Assembly: GCA_965263355.1 (NCBI GenBank)
Contig: CBDHHL010000056.1
Coordinates: 1,024,001-1,088,000 of the forward strand
Reading direction: 5' to 3'
DNA: 64,000 nucleotides
Source of the DNA: Leptolyngbyaceae cyanobacterium
GTDB taxonomy: Bacteria; Cyanobacteriota; Cyanobacteriia; Phormidesmidales; Phormidesmidaceae
Made by a program: the position numbers and the translations under genes. The notes under the pieces are model-generated. The model was not told where the DNA came from and made no database searches. It worked only from the letters and a program-made list of their open reading frames with translations. The number at the start of each line of letters is the position of its first letter. Within the stretch, counting starts at the first letter, position 1. Shown piece by piece: positions 39,810 through 49,390 of the stretch.

Positions 39810-42608
39810 CTACGACCAATTTCCGACTAACACATAGGGGGCCCAATAAAAGGGACCTTGATAGCCAGGGGTATGGAGTAGGTCAAGCTGAGCCTGTCGT
39901 AAAGCTTCAGCACGGGTCAGTGGCTCGGTGGGGTTACCTAAAATTTCATACAATCGCGTCATCAATACTGCCGTTGATTGATCGTCTACAAACCAGAGAG
40001 AGGCAATGGTACTGCGTGCTCCGGCCTGGATAGCTACACCAGCTAAGCCCAGGGTGGCACGATTATCACCGCTAGCGGTTTTACAAGCACTGAGAATCAA
40101 GAGTTCAATATCAGTGGCATCTGACGTAGTCTGGCGCTGAAGAATTTGGCTGAAATCGTTAAGGGTAATGCGCTGATCCCAGGCCAGCAGGAATGTTTCA
40201 CTAGGGTCAGAGCTAAACTGACCGTGGGTAGCCAGGTGAACTACGGGAGAACCGCTGCTATCGCCTAGGGTTTGTAGGTTGGGCGTAGTAAAGTCTTGGT
40301 TCAAAAACTGACGGCTGGATACCTGGGTTTGAATGGCGGCTAGTTCGGTCTCAACATTAACCAAAGGGGCAAACCCTTGGTGGGGTTCAAAGTCTGGTCG
40401 AATATCTGATAGACCAAATGCGATCGCATCTAACTGAATCTGACTCAATGGTTTAGACTCCGGCAACTGCAGTCCGGGACTCAGGGCAAGACTGTAGTCT
40501 TCGATCAGAAACCGTTCGCCATTGTACAGTACCGCCATGGGCACATTGCGTAGGGCTCCATCGGAGACAAACACCAGTGTGTGAATTTGCTGCTGTGTTA
40601 AAACAGCCTCAAAAGGACGAATCAGCCAGTCGTAAACTTGTTCAGCCCTTTCTAAAAAAATAGGAGAACGAAAACGCTTTTCAGTCTGTTGCCGTAGCTG
40701 TGTGAGCGCCTGATTAACCTCGCCTTCAGCGATAGCCACACTATGAAACTGTAACTCATTTGACTGAGGCAAACGCACAATCACAGCCACCTGATCTGCC
40801 AAAATGATGGGGTAGATTATGGCGGTGGACATATCAACCTGGGGTTCGCTGAGAGTAAAGGTTTGGGCCAGGTTACAGCTCAAAAAGTTTTCTAATTCTG
40901 TCAGTTGTAGTGCATCCACATCTTGAATCGCCTGTAGCAGGCTCTCTTGGGATGGAGTAGCAGTCTGTTTAAGTCGCAGTGCTACTAGTTCTCGGTAAAG
41001 GGGTTCTACCGTATCCCGAAATGAAAACTGTGCATCGGATTCAATGGCAACTAGATCTTGTCGTAACGTCCGCAATGTGTCAGTAGCAGCTTGGTAATAG
41101 GTGATAGCCTGATCGGTGGACTGCTGAGCTGCATAAATACGGCCCAACTGCCATTGCCATTGATAGGCAATGTGGTCATCCTGGTGGGTAAGGTCTAGGG
41201 CTTTACTAGTCAGGGTTTGCGCCTGTTGTAGAAGTCTAGTGTCATTGTGAGATTGTTGCGCTACTTGTTCGTAGAGTTCACCTAATGTACCCAGGGCATA
41301 GGACTCAACGTCAGGATCATTGATGGTAATGGCCTGTTGCTGCACCTGACTCAGCAGGTCAAAAATTTCTGTAGTGGCTGGTCTAATAGACATCTGGGGA
41401 GATTGTCGGAGGGCAATGTAGGCTTTGGCTAAATTTATCTGGGTGTAGAGATTGGTGCGGTTAGGGGATGGAGACGGTAGACGTTTTACTGTTGATAGCT
41501 GTTTTTTTAGTTGGGGTAGGAGTTCCGGAAACAGCTCCTGGGAAAATGGTTCCAAATGCAGATTTACTAGCAGGGCAAACCGCTGAACGTCAGTTTGACT
41601 AACTAAGTCTGGAGTCTCTTGGACGAGGGTTTGGGCAATGGTCTGCGCACTTGTATATTGGGTTAATGCTTGTTCGGCATGGGTTTTAAGGGTTGTTTTA
41701 TCTGCCAACAAACTAGTTTGACCGTAGCGATAGGCGGCTTGTTCATAGAGGGCCTGTTCTGTTTTACCCAAGCTCAATAGCGATAACAGTTTGTGCTGTG
41801 GGTTCTCCTGATGATTGGCCCAGGCTACACTTTGTTTTAGTAACTGTTGTGCTTCAGAGAGCCGTCCTGTTAAACGTAGAACATTGCCTAAACTGCGTAA
41901 ACCGAGAATTTTGAGGGTGGTGTCAGACGTTTGTTCAAAGGCGTGGATAACCTTATCTAGGTCTAAGTTGTTGTGGCTAAAGTCGCAGCTTGGTTCTGTG
42001 AGGTCAATGGCATTTAGGAGACGTTGGCAAGCCCGACGATAGTGGCCGATGGTTTCCAGGGCTCTTGCTTGATTGATCAGGCTGCCGGTAATCCCTGGTT
42101 GATGGCCTAGGTCTTGATAGATTTGGGTGGTCTGTTGCCAGATTTGGAGGGCGGTTTCGGTGTGCCCCTGGGCAAAGGCTAACTGGCCTTGGGCATTTAG
42201 GGTTTGAGCCATCAGACGAGCCCGCTCACTGATTTGGGGTAAACGGTCTAAGCTGGCAAAGCTATTGGCGATCGCACGCTCGCCTGCTTCCCATTGTCCT
42301 GTTTTTTGATAGGCCAGGGCTAAATAGGTCCAGAGGGCTGCTTGCTCAGAGTCACTAATAGTCGGGTTGTCCAGGGCGGTTTGCCAGGTTGCGATCGCGC
42401 GCCCATACTGCCTTTGTTGATATAAATCTTTTCCCTGCTCCAGTAGTAACGCTGGGGTAGCCGCAACGGATATTTCTGGTGACTGAATTACTGGCAGTGT
42501 CTGTGACAGAGCAGGCACACCCATAAGGACTAAACACAGGCTTAGGGCGAAGATGCACAGGTTACGGAGTGGATGTCGCATAATTAATCGACCAGGGCAA
42601 GGGGGCAT
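39810..42608 (-). CDS. Secreted TPR + CHAT (caspase/HetF-like protease) domain protein
   Basis: TPRs; VHLATHGQFSS, LLILSACKTA.GD.RA.LGLAG, ASLWFVDD, PFYWAPYVLVGNW. Confidence 0.9.
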   Translation of the reverse strand: MPPCPGRLIMRHPLRNLCIFALSLCLVLMGVPALSQTLPVIQSPEISVAATPALLLEQGKDLYQQRQYGRAIATWQTALDNPTISDSEQAALWTYLALAYQKTGQWEAGERAIANSFASLDRLPQISERARLMAQTLNAQGQLAFAQGHTETALQIWQQTTQIYQDLGHQPGITGSLINQARALETIGHYRRACQRLLNAIDLTEPSCDFSHNNLDLDKVIHAFEQTSDTTLKILGLRSLGNVLRLTGRLSEAQQLLKQSVAWANHQENPQHKLLSLLSLGKTEQALYEQAAYRYGQTSLLADKTTLKTHAEQALTQYTSAQTIAQTLVQETPDLVSQTDVQRFALLVNLHLEPFSQELFPELLPQLKKQLSTVKRLPSPSPNRTNLYTQINLAKAYIALRQSPQMSIRPATTEIFDLLSQVQQQAITINDPDVESYALGTLGELYEQVAQQSHNDTRLLQQAQTLTSKALDLTHQDDHIAYQWQWQLGRIYAAQQSTDQAITYYQAATDTLRTLRQDLVAIESDAQFSFRDTVEPLYRELVALRLKQTATPSQESLLQAIQDVDALQLTELENFLSCNLAQTFTLSEPQVDMSTAIIYPIILADQVAVIVRLPQSNELQFHSVAIAEGEVNQALTQLRQQTEKRFRSPIFLERAEQVYDWLIRPFEAVLTQQQIHTLVFVSDGALRNVPMAVLYNGERFLIEDYSLALSPGLQLPESKPLSQIQLDAIAFGLSDIRPDFEPHQGFAPLVNVETELAAIQTQVSSRQFLNQDFTTPNLQTLGDSSGSPVVHLATHGQFSSDPSETFLLAWDQRITLNDFSQILQRQTTSDATDIELLILSACKTASGDNRATLGLAGVAIQAGARSTIASLWFVDDQSTAVLMTRLYEILGNPTEPLTRAEALRQAQLDLLHTPGYQGPFYWAPYVLVGNWS

Positions 42609-42713
42609 TTGAGCTGAGGCTCATTTGAATAACTAGTCTGAAAGGCTATTCAATCCTAGTCAGAATCATAATAGGATCATGGCGGCTGATTCAGTTTCTT
42701 AACAGACCGATAA

Positions 42714-42779
42714 CCAGACATTTTCGATAACAGGAATTAACGTAACCGATCCAGACTCCAGACATTTCCTGTAACGACA
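42714..42779 (+). promoter_or_regulatory. Two copies of the CCAGACATTTTCTGTAACGACA intergenic motif
   Basis: Copies at 42714 and 42758. Confidence 0.6.
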
Positions 42780-43243
42780 ACGATGGGAAAACTATCTATC
42801 GTTATAGTTAGTTGCTTGAGAGAATTGTGTTCTAGAGCAATTGATTGTAACCATCTCATGGTTTAGCTTACTTATGAATCGCGGTTCTGCTTAATGGGCC
42901 AATGCCGCGTTTTTTCTCTTTTGTGATCTGACAAAATTATTTTTGGGAGCCAAACAATGCTATTAACCGAGCAACTTTATGGCGCAGTCGCCCCACAGGA
43001 ACAAGACCATGCGCTTACGCGTATCACCCCTCACGACTCATTAGTTACTATCTTCAACTTAATTGTTAGCTGCAATGCTACGCTAATAATTTTTATTTTG
43101 GAAGTTAGTCAAAATGTCGTTGTTTTAACCTTTAGACATTATGGGAAAATCACGTCTCTATCGACTCTTTAAGGCTAGAAAGAAAATACCAACCCAAAGT
43201 AGGCTGTTCTCCCAAGGAAAATATTTGGGTATTCCTGACTATA

Positions 43244-43310
43244 CCAGACATTTTCTGTAACAGCGATTGGTTTTTACTGATGCACCCTTCAGACATTTTC
43301 TGTAATGACA
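43244..43310 (+). promoter_or_regulatory. Two further copies of the same motif
   Basis: Copies at 43244 and 43289. Confidence 0.6.
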
Positions 43311-43481
43311 ATATTTAAAGGTGTACCTATGATTTGAATATAAACCTTGTCCACGTCCAGAACTGTAGTTTTGCCGTAGAAGAAATTCCAGGTTTCAACT
43401 TGGACGTGGTTTAGGTGACCGCAATGGTTGTTGTTTAAGTCAATCATTTAATTAACCAATCAATTTGTTAGGATATTCGTT

Positions 43482-43718
43482 ATGTACAATTCTACATTTC
43501 ATACAATTTTGATTGCAGTAAGTATCACCACTGCCTTCACACTATTTCTCAATGGAGTTGAGGATACGTTTACTACGAGAAAACCCCTTCCAGTAAATGG
43601 TCCATCTTTGAGGGAACAAAACTATAAAGGAAATGATGTGAATAGACCCTTCCCTTATGGTTATGGATCTAAAGGAAGGTTAGACAATGGCACTTCCCTT
43701 GAGGGCCAAGTTCTTTAA
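43482..43718 (+). CDS. Small putatively secreted protein (78 aa)
   Basis: AGGA RBS; hydrophobic N-terminus; preceded by the repeated motif. Confidence 0.5.
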   Translation: MYNSTFHTILIAVSITTAFTLFLNGVEDTFTTRKPLPVNGPSLREQNYKGNDVNRPFPYGYGSKGRLDNGTSLEGQVL

Positions 43719-43752
43719 GAAAAGAGTATTGTGGTCAAAATGGTCTGTTAGA

Positions 43753-46700
43753 TTACCCCTGATGTGAACAAATTGCAGGTGTGGGTATTGACTCGGCAAG
43801 TCTCTCTGCTATAGCAAAAAGTTCTATATGGCCGTTAACGTTTCTTGCCCAATCGTTAGCTTCTGTTAATGCTGGCTCAGGGGTTATGGGCTGTGTGACT
43901 GGCTCAACAGCTGTGGTGGTTTCTGTACTTGGCGTATAGAGGTCTTCCCAGAGATCTTGGGATGAGATCGCATCCTCTGGCCCTAACGGTATTCCCCCGC
44001 GCCCGGTCGCTACAAAGCTAGAAATACCCTGACTGGGGTTACAACGCTGGCTAATGCGCGGTACACCCGTTTCATTCGGCAAGTCAGTCGTGTCCCTTGT
44101 GGGATCTAAGGCAAGGGTATCAATATCTACTTCGCCTGCAGCCCCAAAGGCAGAACTGGCAGTAATGTCATTGCGAACAGGTATCTCATCGGTCTGAAAC
44201 TCGATACCGTAGATTCCTGATGCTGTTATCTGTACATTTCCCCCCTGCCCCAAAAATGCATTGGCAGTAATGTTGCTATCTTCGTCTGGGACAGCAACCA
44301 AAAAATCTGTTGTGATATTGACATTCCCTCCGTCGCCTTCAGCTTCGGCAAGACCTGCTGTTGCCGAAAGATTACTGCCATTGCGTAACAACACCACATC
44401 GTCAATGACTAGGGTAATGATGCCACCCTGGTTGCTGGCTGTTTCAGTTGAGATCAGTGCATTATTCTTGAGGGTTAAAAAGTCTGCATTGAGTTCAATA
44501 TCGCCACCTCTGCCGGTCCCCTGACTATCCAGTGCAATCTTTGCCCCATCCTGGATAGTCACTGTGTTAGAGTCCACAAAGATGCTGCCACTATTGCCAG
44601 TAGATACTACCGTAGTATTCGCAAACAAACCACTATTCTCACCAGCAAGAATAATACTATTTGTATCCAGTACTCTGATATCACCTGCATTACCTGCACC
44701 TGATGTTGTGACAGTAATCTGTCCACCTTCTAAGATTTCTAAATTATTGGTGTTGAGCAAAATCTCACCAGCTATCCCATCGTTAGCGATACTGGCATTG
44801 AGCGCCCCCCCTTGACTGACCCTGAGTGTCTCTGCTGATATCTGGATATCGCTAGCGTTACCCCTCGCTCCAGGCTGTATGTCTGCGAGAATACCACTTT
44901 CCTCTACCACAGGGTTCACACCATCCACGATAATATCTTCTTGAACCGTGACTATAATCGGTGCGGCATTACCAATGCTATCAGTAATAACAGAGGTGGC
45001 TAATTTACCACCATTGGTCAGTGAAAGGCTATTGGCCGTAAGCATGATTGTGCCTCCATTACCAAAAGCTGGTACGGTTTGGTCTTTGTCCAAACGTTCA
45101 CCAACACTGCTAAAGAAGCCACTAGTTGCTGACACTAATGCGTCTGGCGTAGAGCCCGTAGTTAGACCGTCAACATTGGCTCCATCGATGCTAACGGCAC
45201 CTTGAACATTAACCGTAATATCGCCAGCGTCCCCTATGGAAAAGGTATTGGCTGTAAACTGCCCCCCATTTTTTAAGGTGAGAGTACCTGCCGTGACTTG
45301 AATATCACCCCCTTCACCAATACCGTCTGTATCAAGGTCGGTAAAAATGCCTGTAACAGCCCCGCTAGAATCAGAGCCATCTAAGAAAAATGCCTCTTCT
45401 ATCTCAATCGTGACATTGCCAGCGTTACCTAAACCTCGCGTACCGGTTTGAATTCTTCCTCCCCGCGTAATCGCTAGGGAATTAGCAGAAACAAACACAT
45501 CACCAGAAAAACCAACTGCGCCTGGCCGAGTTGTGGCAAATAGACCGCTGGAATATCCATCTACATCCACCCCATCGATAACAATATCATCACGCACCTT
45601 AAGCTGGATACCTTCTGCCTGCCCAACGGCCCCACCACGGACACTTGAAATCAACTCGGCACCATCTAACAACGCAAGAGAACCAGCTTGAATCGTAATT
45701 CCCCCAGCGTCAACATCATCTAGAGAACTGACGTTATTAAAAATGGTACTTGACTCAGTGAGCGTCACCTTATTCTGGACTTCCACGAAGGTCTCACCAG
45801 CATTGCCAGCACCAAATGTGTCAATGATAATAAAAGCGATATTTTGAGCCGTGAAGTTATTGGCTTCTATGATTGTGTTGCCACCATTACCGGTTGCTCC
45901 CGTTGCTACGACATTGTAGATTGTCACAAAAGGTCCTTCAATAGTAAGGTCGTCAGTTGCCCTCAGGATAATATCGCCACCCTGACTATCAACGGTACCT
46001 AAACCAGGGGCAATGCCAGCATAGAGTTCACTCCCACCTAAGATGCCAATATTTTGCCCTGTAATAGTAATGCTACCACGATCGCCTGCCGTTACATCCA
46101 ATATGGCTTCATTCTGAACAATTACATTGTTGCGGTTTAGGTCTGGGGAAGCATTGAGTGACAACGGTGCATCGGGTACTCCAGAATCTGGAATATTGTT
46201 ACTTAGACTATTACCATCTCTAATGATCTCGACTTGTCCTGGCCCTGCAATTCCGAGCAGATCAATATGACCGCCCAAGGCGTTGAGCCAACCACCGTCG
46301 ATCAGTACTTCTCCTCCAGCTAACAATAGACTCTCACCATCGGGTACTCTTAGCCCAAAGGTTGGTTCTCCAGATGCATTTATACCCGCAGGCGCGACAG
46401 ATTGGTTAATGATTGGTCCAGGGGCTGTATTATTAAAGAATAACGCTGAGGGAGCAACTGTTAGTAGAGCGGGTACCTGTGGGTTGGATGCGCTGAAAAG
46501 ACCCTGGTCTTCAAATTGAATGCCGTCTGCAGTTGTAGCTAGAAAAGAACCGCCAATATCTAGTTGGGAATCAGGACCAAACAGAATACCGTTGGGATTA
46601 ATCAAAAAGAAATCAGCTTCGCCAAGTACGCCAAGCGTGCCCAGAATGTTGGATGAGCCATTGCCAGTAACGCGAGTCAAAATTGTCTCGATGCCTGCTG

Positions 46701-46977
46701 GATTGGCAAAGTAAACCTCTTGCCCAGTTTCAATAGTAAAGTCTCGAAAACTGTGAAAGAGATTTGTATTATTGACAACCCCACCTTCAATGCGATCGCG
46801 AGTAGCACTTTCTGGTACCACTACCGAGGGGTTTGTCCCTAATGAGCTATCTGGAGTTACTTGGGCACTGGCTAGTTGGGGGAAGGGAGGTATAAGTATG
46901 GTTGAGATCGTAACCACACGTAATGCCAGTAGGGCATTTTTAGTTATAAACCATTTAGGTAGATGGAAGGCGTTCAT
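43753..46977 (-). CDS. Filamentous haemagglutinin-family exoprotein
   Basis: AQVTPDSSLG...NLFHSFRDF...ILTRVTG...FFLINPNGI; beta-helix repeats; SSFVATGRGGIP. Confidence 0.9.
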   Translation of the reverse strand: MNAFHLPKWFITKNALLALRVVTISTILIPPFPQLASAQVTPDSSLGTNPSVVVPESATRDRIEGGVVNNTNLFHSFRDFTIETGQEVYFANPAGIETILTRVTGNGSSNILGTLGVLGEADFFLINPNGILFGPDSQLDIGGSFLATTADGIQFEDQGLFSASNPQVPALLTVAPSALFFNNTAPGPIINQSVAPAGINASGEPTFGLRVPDGESLLLAGGEVLIDGGWLNALGGHIDLLGIAGPGQVEIIRDGNSLSNNIPDSGVPDAPLSLNASPDLNRNNVIVQNEAILDVTAGDRGSITITGQNIGILGGSELYAGIAPGLGTVDSQGGDIILRATDDLTIEGPFVTIYNVVATGATGNGGNTIIEANNFTAQNIAFIIIDTFGAGNAGETFVEVQNKVTLTESSTIFNNVSSLDDVDAGGITIQAGSLALLDGAELISSVRGGAVGQAEGIQLKVRDDIVIDGVDVDGYSSGLFATTRPGAVGFSGDVFVSANSLAITRGGRIQTGTRGLGNAGNVTIEIEEAFFLDGSDSSGAVTGIFTDLDTDGIGEGGDIQVTAGTLTLKNGGQFTANTFSIGDAGDITVNVQGAVSIDGANVDGLTTGSTPDALVSATSGFFSSVGERLDKDQTVPAFGNGGTIMLTANSLSLTNGGKLATSVITDSIGNAAPIIVTVQEDIIVDGVNPVVEESGILADIQPGARGNASDIQISAETLRVSQGGALNASIANDGIAGEILLNTNNLEILEGGQITVTTSGAGNAGDIRVLDTNSIILAGENSGLFANTTVVSTGNSGSIFVDSNTVTIQDGAKIALDSQGTGRGGDIELNADFLTLKNNALISTETASNQGGIITLVIDDVVLLRNGSNLSATAGLAEAEGDGGNVNITTDFLVAVPDEDSNITANAFLGQGGNVQITASGIYGIEFQTDEIPVRNDITASSAFGAAGEVDIDTLALDPTRDTTDLPNETGVPRISQRCNPSQGISSFVATGRGGIPLGPEDAISSQDLWEDLYTPSTETTTAVEPVTQPITPEPALTEANDWARNVNGHIELFAIAERLAESIPTPAICSHQG

Positions 46978-47099
46978 CTCATTGGGGCCTTAGAGGATCG
47001 GGGGCTACCGTAATGTACGGCTAAGTAATGACTTTCAACGCAGACTATTGCAAAAGTATAGCGATATCTTCAGGAATAACCGCATTAACGGATAAAATT

Positions 47100-48242
47100 C
47101 TAAACGTTTTCTAGATTGCTATACTGTTCTACTGCTGCTGTTGGAGGGAGACTGGCATGGGCAAAAAGTGAAAGAGAACTTGCGTTCGTCTGGCATAGGC
47201 AGGTGTGGGGGTGGTCGGGACCAACGGTAGCGTTAAGAATTGAGAGAGCACGCTCAAATAGTTTAGCCGCTTCGGCTAGGTGATTCGTCTGTTGTAGTAG
47301 AGATGCTAGATTATTTAAACTGATGGCTACTTCAGGATGGTTTAAACCTAATAGGGTTTCTTTAATGGTTAATGTCTGACGATAAGCCTGTTCGGATGGC
47401 TGAAGTTGTCCTTTGGCTTGTAATGATGCGGCCAGGTTGTTGAGGTTAAGGGCGACGTCGTAATGGGTAGGGCCATATTGTTGTTTGAAAAATGCGATCG
47501 CATTCTCAAAATAAACGATGGCCTCATCCCATTGTCCCAGACCGTGTAAAATTGCCCCCAGGGCAGCCCCGTCGGCAATTGTTTGGGCATGGTCTAAACC
47601 GAATAAGTCTAGATGAAGCTGATAGGATTTGCGAGCATAGGGTTCGGCTTCAGCATAGTGACGCCGGGCATGGTTTAGGCCAGCCAGGTTGTGATAAAGG
47701 GTGGCTACTTCCCGATGGTGTTCGCCATAGTGTTGAATCAGATCAGCTAAGGCAGTTTGATAAAGGTTTTCGGCAGTATCAAAACGCCCCCAATATTTAT
47801 ACACAATAGCCAAGTTGTTTATCAGGCCAATCCAAACGGGTTGATGGCGTAGGTCATGATTTTCAGCTAAGGCAATTGCCTGTTGAAATGTCTGTTTAGC
47901 CGGTAAATACTTACCTTGAATACGATATAGATTGCCCTGTTGCGGTAGAATTTTTAACTCCAGAGGAAGAAAGATTTTGGCAGGGTAGATGAGTTTGATG
48001 TTGTTATACAAAGCTGATTGGGCTGATTGCAGCTGAGTTTGGGCCTCATCGTAGCGGGCTTGGGCCTCCAGGCTAGTAATTAGGTGACTTTGCAATTTGA
48101 CTTGAATGACTAAGCCTGCAGGTGGGGGTGGAAGGAGGGGGAGAAGTTGGAGACAGCGTGTTATGGCTTTAGTGTGGTGATGATTTGCCTGATGGTAGAC
48201 GATGTCTTGCAGCTGGTGTTGCCAATTGATTAAGTTGCCCAT
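47100..48242 (-). CDS. Tetratricopeptide-repeat protein (kinesin-light-chain-like TPRs)
   Basis: Repeats LNNLA..Y...G.Y..AE..Y..AL....G..HP.VA. Confidence 0.85.
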   Translation of the reverse strand: MGNLINWQHQLQDIVYHQANHHHTKAITRCLQLLPLLPPPPAGLVIQVKLQSHLITSLEAQARYDEAQTQLQSAQSALYNNIKLIYPAKIFLPLELKILPQQGNLYRIQGKYLPAKQTFQQAIALAENHDLRHQPVWIGLINNLAIVYKYWGRFDTAENLYQTALADLIQHYGEHHREVATLYHNLAGLNHARRHYAEAEPYARKSYQLHLDLFGLDHAQTIADGAALGAILHGLGQWDEAIVYFENAIAFFKQQYGPTHYDVALNLNNLAASLQAKGQLQPSEQAYRQTLTIKETLLGLNHPEVAISLNNLASLLQQTNHLAEAAKLFERALSILNATVGPDHPHTCLCQTNASSLSLFAHASLPPTAAVEQYSNLENV

Positions 48243-48354
48243 GGTGCTGGCTATAAGTTTTGTTGGGGGTCCCCTTAGCTACAGTGTACACATATCTCAT
48301 TCTGAACACTTTTGTATACACCGTAGCCCAGAAAAAAGAAATTGTTATTCCGGC

Positions 48355-49077
48355 CTATGAAAGTTGTGCTGTTTCAGAAGTCACAAGTATTTCATTATGA
48401 TTCAGAAACATCTGTTCAACCGTAGGTGCATCATCAGGTATACCTTCATGATTACCACCGATGATCGTAGCTAACTCTTGCACACTTAACGGAACAACTA
48501 CTTTATGTCGATTAGTTAAAACAGGCTTCTCATGGGAAACAATTGTTTCATTATGGTTAAACTGAATAGCACTACCACTAATATCGTCCTCAGGTTTGCC
48601 GTCGCCATTACCACCTGCGATCTCCACTAAATCTTCTATACTTAGCAGAACAGCTTTGAGTGGGTGAGCTTGAGCTACATTTTTACGAGAAACTATAGTT
48701 TCATTGTGATTGGCAGAAAGAGCGTCATCCTCATACTCATTTTCGGGTTTGCCTGTACCATTGCCACCTGCGATCATGGCTAAATCAACTAAATTTAGCA
48801 GAACAATTGTGGGTGACTTAGGTTGAGTAGTATTTGGAGAGGAAACAATTATCTCATTATGGTTAAGCGTAATGCCATTATCCTCATACTCATCTTCGGG
48901 TTTGCCTGCGCCATTGCTACCTGCGATCATGGCTAAATCATCCATGCTAAATTCAACAAGATTAGGCTGTTCAACAATATGTGTCAGTAAAATACCCTGA
49001 TCGATTAGATGATTATTGGCTTGGAGCTTTTGACGTTGATTTGGTTTCATTAGTGAATCGGTGATTTGGTTTGTCAT
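48355..49077 (-). CDS. Four-unit repetitive precursor protein with double-glycine sites and NHNE motifs
   Basis: 4x (D/E)L..I.G(G/S)-N..G.P(E/D)..x8-NHNE.(I/L)V(S/T); no Cys. Confidence 0.8.
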   Translation of the reverse strand: MTNQITDSLMKPNQRQKLQANNHLIDQGILLTHIVEQPNLVEFSMDDLAMIAGSNGAGKPEDEYEDNGITLNHNEIIVSSPNTTQPKSPTIVLLNLVDLAMIAGGNGTGKPENEYEDDALSANHNETIVSRKNVAQAHPLKAVLLSIEDLVEIAGGNGDGKPEDDISGSAIQFNHNETIVSHEKPVLTNRHKVVVPLSVQELATIIGGNHEGIPDDAPTVEQMFLNHNEILVTSETAQLS

Positions 49078-49184
49078 AGTTGTAAATTCGTAAGAGGTCT
49101 GTTTCTAGTTGTCTGACATGAGATGATACATAGGTATCACCAATACTCACCCCATGTCTCTACCTTATAAAGTGTTGTTTGAGC

Positions 49185-49243
49185 AGTCATTACAGGAAAT
49201 GTCTGGTATGTTGAGGCAAGCGGTGTGTCAGCAAATGTCAGGA
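49185..49243 (-). promoter_or_regulatory. Composite conserved upstream motif before the NHNE precursor gene
   Basis: AGTCATTACAGGAAATGTCTGG + TGTCAGCAAATGTCAGGA on the + strand. Confidence 0.6.
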
Positions 49244-49390
49244 TTTAAGTCAGTTGATGGGTCCAATTAACTATCCGATATGAACCCCCTTCTCACAATT
49301 CTGGACGTTCGGCGAATGCGGCTCGACTAAGTACTCGCCGAAGTCTCGGTCGAGCTGGGGAAACTGGACTTAAAGCCCCCAGAACTGTAT

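Noticed and set aside
42957..43172. 71-aa ORF downstream of the first motif pair
   Set aside because: No recognisable features; mentioned only in the motif finding, not called as a gene
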